A DNA stretch of 64,000 bases, from NCBI GenBank assembly GCA_963709345.1, contig CAVPVX010000007.1:320001-384000 (forward strand), given 5' to 3'. Shown here piece after piece: positions 9,725-18,062 of this stretch. Position 1 is the first letter of the stretch, and every line of letters begins with the position of its first letter. The notes beneath the pieces are model-generated. The model was not told where the DNA came from and searched no databases. It saw only the letters and a list, made by a program, of their open reading frames with translations. The position numbers were made by a program, and so were the translations under genes. Origin of the DNA: an uncultured Actinomycetes bacterium. GTDB taxonomy: Bacteria > Actinomycetota > Thermoleophilia > UBA2241.

Positions 9725-10150
9725 CAGGCCTTCTCCTCCTGAGCGTCCAGATAGGCCGAGATCTTGTCCAGCTCGTCGCACCCGCGGATGTTCGTGGCGG
9801 CCAGCGGCAGGCGGCCGGCGGTAGAGAGCTGGAGCCCGACCTGCCGGAAGCGGAAGGGCATGCCCCGGTTCCTCGGCGAGCATGTACTTGGTCATGAACT
9901 CGACCTCAAGGTTGCGGCCGTGCTCGTGGACGCTGTCCACGAAGTACTTCTTCATCGCCGGGTTCTTGCCGTCCTTGGGCACGAGGCTGCACATCAGGTC
10001 CGTGATCTTGATGCCGGTCGGGCAGGAGCCGGTGCAAGTGCCGCACTACTGGCAGATCTCGATCTTCTCACCGCCCGGCATGCCCAAGACGGCTTCGGTG
10101 AACTGCCTGTGCAGCTCCCTGGCTTGCGCTGTGGTCGCTGGCTCGGTCAT
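9724..10150 (-). pseudogene. degraded heterodisulfide reductase subunit C-like gene
   Basis: GGEKIEICQ*CGTCTGSCP joined directly to GIKITDLM (second cluster motif deleted); in-frame TAG at 10046-10048; later frameshift; TGATG overlap with the hdrB remnant. Confidence 0.7.
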
Positions 10151-10666
10151 TCCCCTCTCCAGTTCGTCACCTGAATGGCGTATTCGACGGCGCGCCATCC
10201 GCCGGATGCCGGAGCACACGGACGTGCCGCAACGTCGCCGACGCTCACTTCTTAGGCTCGGGGGCGGGTCGAACGAACCCGCGTCTCCGGCCACTGCACG
10301 CTTGTGAACATCATAACAACTCCGCCCACTTCAGCGCACGTGCCGCGATCCGCGGTTCCCCCACGACTTCTCCGCTCTCGAATCACGTACCACGCCGCCC
10401 AGGCTCCCTCCTGTCGCTGTCCTTAATGAGGGCACAACCCCGGGCGACTGAACGGACGGCCCGCCGGCAGCTGCCGCGCATCGAATCAGGTGTTCCCCCC
10501 ATTGAGGCTGTACGGCGACTCCCCACGCACGGAGCGGTGACGCCGGACGTAGCGCAACGCGTTGTGACTCCCTTGGGCCACGGTTACCCCGGTCTCGCGG
10601 CGGAGATCGGCGCAGAAGTGGAGGCGCTGCCGGCACCCTGAACCGCACGCGGAGGCGCACGGGGGT

Positions 10667-11341
10667 TCAGTCGAGACCGACGAGCCCTTCGCGAATGGCG
10701 TATCTGACGAGGTCGGTGACCTTGTGCAGGTCAAGCTTGTCCATGATGTTGCCACGGTGCGTCTCGACCGTCTTGCGGCTGAGGCACAGCAGATCGGCGA
10801 CATCCTGATTGGTGTTGCCTTCGGCGATGAGCTTGAGCACCTCGCGCTCGCGCGCGGTGAGCTCGCCGGCGGCGCGCAGCGCGGACGGCTCGCGCACCAG
10901 GTGTGGGTAGTCCCCGAGCACGGTCTCGAGCCCCTGCGGCTGCAGGACCCGGCCGCCGCTCACGACGGCGCGGACAGCGGCGATCAGGTCCTCCTTGTCG
11001 ACCGTCTTGAGCAAGTAGCCGCCGGCGCCGGCCCGGACAAGTCGGAGCAGGCAGTCCTGGCGATCGTTGCGCGTGAGGACGACGATCCTGAGGTGGGGGT
11101 AGCGCCCCAGCAGCCGATCGGTGAGTTCGAGGCCGTTCATGCGCGGCATGATCGTCTCGGTGACGATGACGTCGGGGTCGCAAGAACCAATGAGGGGCAG
11201 CGCCTCGAGACCGTCGGCGGCTTCGGCGACCACGGTGATGTCCGGCTGCGCCTCGAGCAGCGCCCGCACGCCCTGGCGTTCGATGGCATGGTCGTCGACC
11301 AGCAGTACCCGGATCTCGGCTGGTGGGCCGCTCACACGCAT
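10667..11341 (-). CDS. NarL/LuxR-family response regulator
   Basis: RVLLVDDH receiver; GAGGYLLK; LTAREREVLKLIAEGNTNQDVA...SRKTVETHR HTH. Confidence 0.9.
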   Translation of the reverse strand: MRVSGPPAEIRVLLVDDHAIERQGVRALLEAQPDITVVAEAADGLEALPLIGSCDPDVIVTETIMPRMNGLELTDRLLGRYPHLRIVVLTRNDRQDCLLRLVRAGAGGYLLKTVDKEDLIAAVRAVVSGGRVLQPQGLETVLGDYPHLVREPSALRAAGELTAREREVLKLIAEGNTNQDVADLLCLSRKTVETHRGNIMDKLDLHKVTDLVRYAIREGLVGLD

Positions 11342-11521
11342 CCCCTTGCCTCGGTCGCGGGTACAGGCTCCATCCACCCCCGACCTTGGTGGTCTTTGCG
11401 AGCGTATTCTAGGGTGTAGACCCGAGGGCGACAATCGCTTGCGCGCGCTGCGGACGCTCCATGCGCGCCGCCGCTTTGCGCGCGCGCTCCCCGTGCCCTA
11501 GAATGCCAAGGCTTCACCCGA

Positions 11522-11597
11522 GCCGACGTAGCTCAGCTGGCAGAGCACTTCACTCGTAATGAAGGGGTCCGCGGTTCGATTCCGCGCGTCGGCTCCA
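11522..11597 (+). tRNA. tRNA-Thr(CGT)
   Basis: CTTCA-CTCGTAA-TGAAG anticodon arm; TCCA end. Confidence 0.96.
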
Positions 11598-11926
11598 CTC
11601 CTCTTCCTCTCCGCGCCCGGACGCAGCTTCGGGGCGCCGGCTCCGTCGACGCCGGTGTGCCGGAGCAACAGGCGCAGCGCCGCGGCGGCCAGGTACCCGC
11701 GGCCCCGGCGACGTACCAGCACACGACCTACGCAGCGCACCCTGCAGGGAACGCAGATCGAGTCGGGGAGCGCCATCGTCGTCATCCGTTGACGGGCGGA
11801 CCGGCCCCGTACGCGGCAACGGCCGGTGCGAGCTTGCCTGGCGAGAGGCGAGCGTCACACCGGCCGCGTAAGAGTCTACCACGTGAGGTGCGTTACGGGC
11901 TTGGCCCGCCGCGCCCGGCCCCACGC

Positions 11927-12364
11927 CTACTTGACGCCGTTCAACGCCTCCTGAGCGCCGGGGTCGTCCATCGTGTAGTTGTCATCGCTGGATGAGCCGG
12001 GTGTGGGCCACTGCGTCGTCTTCTCGGCGACGTCGTCGACCACCCAGATCATTGAGCTTGCGTCGAGGAACTTGGTCGCCCATACGCCGACCTGCTCGCC
12101 CTCGGACGAGTCGAACTTCACGGCCACGAAGTAGCCGCCGGCGACGTTCTTCGACTCGGCGACAGCGGCCGCCACGGGCTTCATGTCGACGCCCTCGAAC
12201 TGGCCTTCGGCGATGGCGCTCATCATGACTTCCGCCTCCGTCGCGGCGGACGAGGACGGGCTCGGCGAAGCGTCGTCACCAGATGAACCGCAGCCGAGCA
12301 GCAGCCCTGAGCCGAGGGCGAGTGCAGCGGCGAACGCGAGGAGACGCAAAGAACGGAGTGTCAT
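11927..12364 (-). CDS. hypothetical lipoprotein
   Basis: MTLRSLRLLAFAAALALGSGLLLGC lipobox; ends in TAG. Confidence 0.7.
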   Translation of the reverse strand: MTLRSLRLLAFAAALALGSGLLLGCGSSGDDASPSPSSSAATEAEVMMSAIAEGQFEGVDMKPVAAAVAESKNVAGGYFVAVKFDSSEGEQVGVWATKFLDASSMIWVVDDVAEKTTQWPTPGSSSDDNYTMDDPGAQEALNGVK

Positions 12365-12649
12365 GGGGAGATCCTTCCGATCGAGGTCGGAGAAGCTTAC
12401 CAGCCGGAGCGGCCCACTGCAGCCCGGGCACGGCAGAAGCCGGCGCCACGCGGGTGACACCGGCTTCTGCCGATCTCTGGGTACGACGTGGTCAGCGCGG
12501 CCGGCGGGCGGCCGCACCCCCTGCAGCGCGTACGACCCGCCGCGACCTGTGCTTCCCTGAGACTTTTCGGTCAATCGTGTGCATATTCGCAGTCCAGATT
12601 CGATAGAATCCCCTATAGTGAATCCATACCCCCCCTGAAGGAGACGTTC

Positions 12650-13930
12650 ATGGCGCACGCAGAGAACTTCGAGAGAGCCCTCCAGGTGGGCCGACCTCCC
12701 ACCATCAAGGCCCTGTTCCCGAACTCCAAGGCGCTGCTCGTCAGCGGCAAGGTCATCGACCGGGCGATGCGGGCCAAAGGCAACGCCATCGCGATGGCGG
12801 CCAACGGACGCAACTCCTTCGTCATCCGTGGGGCGCTGCGGGCCGCGCAGAGGGCCAACGCCGCGCTCATCATCGAGATCGCCAAGTCCGAAGGCGGGCA
12901 GAAGGCGTACTGCCCGGTGAACTACTGGAACATGGCGCGCATCGTCGACGCCCTGTGCAACGAGATGGGCATCACGATTCCCGTGGCCATCCACGCCGAC
13001 CACTACGGCATGAAGAACGACGCGGACCTCGCGCAGGCCATGGTCGAGGTCCCCACCATGTTCGAGGCGGGCATCACGTCCATCGCCATCGACGCCTCCC
13101 ACCAGCCCAACGACCAGAACCTGCTCGCCAACCTCGCCGTCAGCCCGTGCATCCCGGCCTGGGCCGGTCTGGAGACCGAGATCGGGGAGATCAAGGGCTC
13201 CACCGGGCTCTCCACGCCGGACGAGGCGCTGTTCCTCATCCAGGGGCTCAACGCGCACGGCATCTTCGCCGACTGGATCGCGCTCAACAACGGGACCACG
13301 CACGGCCTCGAGGCGTCCGACGCCGGCATCCAGGTCGAGCTCACCGCCGCCGTCCATGAGGCCCTCACGCCCTACAACGTCAGCGGCGCCCAGCACGGCA
13401 CGTCGGGCAACAGCTCAGAGCGGCTTCGCGAGATCGCAGCCAAGACGCACACCACCAAGGCCAACGTGGCCACGGCCCTCCAGATGATCTCCTGGGGCCT
13501 CGAGGTCAACGACTACGGCAACGCCCAGCTCAGCCCCGACGGTGAGTTCATCAAGGTGGAAGGCGAGGGCGTGACCGAAGAGATGTGGGCCGAGGTGGTC
13601 GCCTACGCCGACGAGAAGGGCTGGAAGAAGGGCAACTACAAGAACCTCAACCTCCCCTTCGAGAACCGGTTCCTGGCGCAGCCCGCGGAGGTCCGCGAGC
13701 GGATGGCCAGGCGCGTCGAGGACTTCGCCTACAAGATGATGACCGATGTGCTGGGCACGGGAGACACCGCGCCGCTCGCCGTCGAGGCGATCCTCGAGGC
13801 CGGGTCCTACGACCTCGGGGCCAAGGTCGGGCGCATCGAGGATCCGGCCGAGTGGACCGACGCCAAGATCGTGGAGCGGGCGAAGTCGCTGGACGTCGAC
13901 AAGGGTGCAGAAGGCGACTTCGACGATTGA
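12650..13930 (+). CDS. fba: class II fructose-bisphosphate aldolase
   Basis: AIHADH, IDASH, ETEIGEI, NNGTTHG, AQHGTSG and KANVAT motifs; AAGGAG RBS. Confidence 0.85.
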   Translation: MAHAENFERALQVGRPPTIKALFPNSKALLVSGKVIDRAMRAKGNAIAMAANGRNSFVIRGALRAAQRANAALIIEIAKSEGGQKAYCPVNYWNMARIVDALCNEMGITIPVAIHADHYGMKNDADLAQAMVEVPTMFEAGITSIAIDASHQPNDQNLLANLAVSPCIPAWAGLETEIGEIKGSTGLSTPDEALFLIQGLNAHGIFADWIALNNGTTHGLEASDAGIQVELTAAVHEALTPYNVSGAQHGTSGNSSERLREIAAKTHTTKANVATALQMISWGLEVNDYGNAQLSPDGEFIKVEGEGVTEEMWAEVVAYADEKGWKKGNYKNLNLPFENRFLAQPAEVRERMARRVEDFAYKMMTDVLGTGDTAPLAVEAILEAGSYDLGAKVGRIEDPAEWTDAKIVERAKSLDVDKGAEGDFDD

Positions 13931-14072
13931 CCGGCGTCGTCTCGTCGCGTTGAGGCGCCCCGCAGGCGCACGCCACAGCGGCGGGGCACTCCCCGAGCGT
14001 GGTGCGCGGCGCCGGCGGGCGCCGCTGAAAGAGCAGACGAGCGCGGCGGCCGGCTGAAGCCGGCCGCCGCGC

Positions 14073-14906
14073 TCACTCCTTGGCCGCCTCTCCCCCGCTC
14101 TCCGCCGGCGCGAACACCGTCGTCTCGCCCGGCCGCAGCACGCGTACGTCGACCTCCGGCGCAAGGTGCGCCGCATGCCGGGCGAAGGCGTGTGGCCACT
14201 CGGCCCACTTGGCGTTGAACTCCGGCGGCAGCCACGGCGGGTAGATGGTGCCCCAGTGCACGGGCACGCACGCGGCCGGCCGCAGCAACTGCAGCGCTCT
14301 GGCCGCCGAAAGCGGGTTCAGGTGGTCGTCGGGCAGCCGCGGGCCCCAGCCACCGACGGGCAGCACTGCGACGTCGATCGGCGCCAGGTCACGCATGCCG
14401 TCGTACAGGCCGGTGTCGCCGGCGAAGTAGGCGCTGAGCCCGCCGACGACGACGTAGCCAAGGGCGGCCGACTCCGCGGCAAGCGGGTACCGGATGCCGG
14501 CGTGGTCCGCGGGGACGGCCTTCACGCGCACGCGTGCGGAACCGGAAGACCCGACCGCGCCCGCCGGGCCGATCTCCACCTCGTCCCCCACGTCCATCTC
14601 GAGCGGCACGAAGCCGAGCCGTCGCAGCAGGTTGCCGAGGCCACGGGGCACCACGACCGGCGTGCGCCGGTCGATGAGCCGCAGCGACGGCACATCCAGG
14701 TGGTCGAGGTGGGCGTGCGAGATGAGGACGGCGTCGAGGTCGCGCCGCACATCCGGCGGCGGGACGGGGCTGCGCCGGATCAGGACGCCGATCCTCCGGC
14801 GCAGCAGTGGGTCGGTGAGCAACCGCACGCCATCCAGCTCGAGGAGCACCGTCGAGTGCCCCGCGAACGTGAGCGAGAGAGAGGACGTCTCCGTGTGTGT
14901 GCCCAT
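14073..14906 (-). CDS. MBL-fold metallo-hydrolase (UlaG/RomA-like)
   Basis: GHSTVL, TDP, ISHAHLDHLD, FAGDT and PVHWGT motifs. Confidence 0.85.
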   Translation of the reverse strand: MGTHTETSSLSLTFAGHSTVLLELDGVRLLTDPLLRRRIGVLIRRSPVPPPDVRRDLDAVLISHAHLDHLDVPSLRLIDRRTPVVVPRGLGNLLRRLGFVPLEMDVGDEVEIGPAGAVGSSGSARVRVKAVPADHAGIRYPLAAESAALGYVVVGGLSAYFAGDTGLYDGMRDLAPIDVAVLPVGGWGPRLPDDHLNPLSAARALQLLRPAACVPVHWGTIYPPWLPPEFNAKWAEWPHAFARHAAHLAPEVDVRVLRPGETTVFAPAESGGEAAKE

Positions 14907-14935
14907 GCCGCAACCCTACCCGAGGCGGGCGGCGC

Positions 14936-16325
14936 TCAGCGGTCGGCGGCGGCCTCCAGCCCGCCGGCGGCGTCGCGCCGCGACAGCCCGAGCAGCGCCG
15001 CGATGTTCGCCTTCGCCTCTTGCGGGCTGGGATCGTGCGGGTAGGTCGTCTCCGACTCGAAGAGCCGCCCCAGCCGCCGCTCGCCGCGGACCTCGTGCAT
15101 GGTGAGCGGGTCGCTGAGGTCGGCGACCGCGACGCCGAGCGCGCCGGCCACCGTCCGCTTCGCGTCTGCCAGTCTCATGCCCTTGGCCATCTCGAGCCGC
15201 GCCACCAGATCTCCGGCGGCGCGCAGCCCGTTCATTCCCGAGGCCACGGCATGGGCGACCGGCATCCCGAAGGAGTCGCCCGACCCGACCTACAAACCGT
15301 CCAGGTGCAGGATGTCGACGCAGGCACGCGAGCACCGTGAGATCGCGTCGACGGGCGCGAATGCGTTCATGGGCACGCCGCCCACGCCCATGCCGACGTT
15401 GGCGTGCACGGGGATCTTCGCGACCGCCATGCACGGCTTCATGAAGGTGAGCGCACGAGCCGTGTTCCACGCGACTGTGCGGCTCGTGTTCACGTTGACG
15501 GCCGGCCCGAAGACGGTGGCGCCGGCCTCCTGCACCACTTCGAGCTGGCCGGCGGGCTTGAGCCCGGCCAGCCGCACGCCCTTGTACTCGAGCTGCCCGT
15601 GCGTGCCGAGCACGAACTCGCCGGACATGCCGACCATGATGCCCATGTCCGGGTACTTCGCGCGCAGCCGCTCCACGGCGAGCAGCGTCGCGAGGAAGTC
15701 GGCGTCACCGCCGGCGCCGGCGGTGTCGAAGTTGATGCCGTCGGCGCCGGCCTCCCACATCTGCCCCGCCACGTACAGCATGTCGTCGACGGCCAGCTCC
15801 ACCGCGGTTTCCTGAGCGGCGCGCGCCTCGTCGATCCGCATCGCCGGGAGCAGCTCCGACCAGTTGCCGCAGGGGCCGTCGGGCTCGGAGTAGCGCCCAA
15901 GGTCCGGCTGCGCACCGTAGTGTACCGGGATAGTGACGCGCTCCTGGGCCTCCTTCATCGCCTGCTGCTCGGAGCCGACGATGGTCTTGACGGCCTTGTA
16001 CGAGTAGTCGATGTGGTAGAGCTCGCAGGAGTCCGATGCGAAGCATTGCTCGTACTGCAGCAGAGCGTCGACCCGACTGCCCTGCTGCTGCGTGCCGGTG
16101 CCGTCGAAGCTGAGGACGACTTCGTCGCCGATGTCCACAGCACTGAAGCGCGCCGAAGTCGCGAAGATATCCAGAAGGTGCTCGAGCTCGGCGTCCTCGA
16201 GCGGCGGCGACTTGGCCCGAGCTGGCCGCCGCCTCCGTGCCCTCCTCGACCTCGGCGCGCAGCTGACTGCGCGTCAGCGCCACTCCCGAGCCGTCGCCGA
16301 GCCGTGTGATGATCGTCGCTTCCAC
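14936..16325 (-). CDS. mtbB: MtbB-family methyltransferase copy 1; Pyl amber at 15290-15292; +1 frameshift near 16220 (pseudogene or sequence error)
   Basis: TRLGDG N-terminus; DYSYK, [59 protein letters not shown]. Removing one base near 16220 puts the amber at codon 345, as in the paralogs. Confidence 0.85.
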
Positions 16326-16390
16326 CGTGTTTCCCCCCTCGCATGTGCGGGCGCGCCGGCGCGGACCGGCCGACCGCGCCGTCCCGGAAG

Positions 16391-16419
16391 ATGCTACGCA
16401 GAGATCCCGCATCGGGCAA
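16391..16419 (-). promoter_or_regulatory. putative sigma70 promoter of mtbB copy 1
   Basis: TTGCCC-17 nt-TAGCAT on the minus strand. Confidence 0.5.
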
Positions 16420-16497
16420 TGGCTGATTGTGCGGCAAACCTCGCGTGCCGGTCGCGCGAACCTGCTCCCCCCGCATGCGAACGGCCAGAGCGACGCC

Positions 16498-16562
16498 TTG
16501 ACACTCCGGCGACGCACTCGGTATCGTGCGGGGACCATCGCGTTAGTTATGTGAACAACCAA
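16498..16562 (+). promoter_or_regulatory. promoter and putative TetR operator of mtbB copy 2
   Basis: TTGACA(16498)-18 nt-TATCGT, then GTTAGTTATGTGAACAACCAA (16542-16562), which matches the operator at 20337. Confidence 0.65.
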
Positions 16563-16601
16563 ATCCACTCGTCCAACGCCCGCGGGCGCCCGGGAGGGAC
16601 C

Positions 16602-17990
16602 ATGGCACAGCGCATCCCGACACGGCTCGGCGACGGCTCGCTCGCCGAGCTCACGCGAGCCGAGATCGAGACCGACCTGCACGCCGGGACTGAGGCGGCG
16701 GTCAAGCGAGCGAAGGTCGAGCCGCTCGCCCAGGGTGAACTCGACCACCTGCTCGACATCTTCACCTCCCCGGCCAAGTTCACCTCGGTGGACTACGGCG
16801 ACGAGGTGATCCTCGGGTTCGACGGCTCGGGCAACGCCGATCTCGGCGCGCCGATCCTCGAGCAGGTCGTCTACCAGAACCATCACGGCGCCGACATGAT
16901 CGAGCTCTGGCATCACGACTACTCGTACAAGGCCGTGCGCACGGTGCTCTCGTTCCAGACGCAGATGCTCAAGGACGCGCAGTTGCAGACGGTGATCCCG
17001 CTCAACTACGGCGCCATGCCCGACCTGGGGCGGTACTCGCAGCCCGACGGCCCCTGCCCCAACTGGTCGGAGCTCATGCCGCTGGGCAAGATCGCGGAGG
17101 CGCGGACCGCGCAGGAGGAGGCGGTCGAGCACGCCGAGCGCGACATGTGGTGCGTGGCCGAGGCGATGGTCGCCGCCGGCGCCGACGGCCTCGACTTCGA
17201 CACGGCCGGCGCGTCCGGCGACGCCGATCTGCTGGCCACACTCAACGTCACTCGGAGGATCCGTGAGACGTGGCCCGACATCGGCGTCGAGATCGGCCAG
17301 GCCGCCGAGCTCGTGCTCGGCATGCACGGTCAGCTCGAGTTCGACGGCGACCGGCTGGCCGGCCAGTGGCCGCTCGGGCAGCTCCGCGCCTGCACCGCCG
17401 CCGGCGCCACCATCTTCGGGCCGGCGGTCAATGTGAACACGACGAAGTCGCTGGCCTGGAACACCGCTCGCGCCTGCACGCTCGTGAAGCCGGTGACCGC
17501 CGAGGCCACCATCCCCGTCCACATGAACGCCGGGATGGGTGTCGGCGGCGTCCCGATGACACCGTATCCTCCGAGCGACGCCACGTCGCGCGCCTCCAAG
17601 GCGCTCGTCGACATCCTCAAGCTCGACGGGTTGTAGGTCGGCATCGGAGACCCCCTCGGGATGGCCTCCTCACACGCGCTCGCCTCGGGCATGGGCGGGA
17701 TGCGGACCGCCGGAGATCTGGTGGCCCGCATGCAGATGACCCGGGGAATGCGCCTTCCGCAGGCCAAGCAGTACGTCGCCGACAAGCTCGGCTGCTCGGT
17801 GCTCGACCTCAGCGACACCGTGGCGATGCACGACATCCGCCGCGACCTCGGCCTCGGCCGCATCCAGGTGCAGGACCTGACGTACGCCGACCACCCGGGC
17901 GCGATGGAGGCGAAGTTCCACATCGCCGACGTTCTCGGCATCCCGATCAACTCCGTGGAGTGCTTCAAAAGGCACGCCGGCGTGAAATAG
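16602..17990 (+). CDS. mtbB: MtbB-family methyltransferase copy 2, pyrrolysine-containing (amber 17634-17636), 462 aa
   Basis: Homology continues in frame through the TAG: [38 protein letters not shown]. Confidence 0.92.
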
Positions 17991-18062
17991 CCGGCGTCGA
18001 AGGGCCGGCCCGCCGCCGGCCCGCCGCGAGCGCCACTGCGACGAAAGACAGCGAGGACGACG

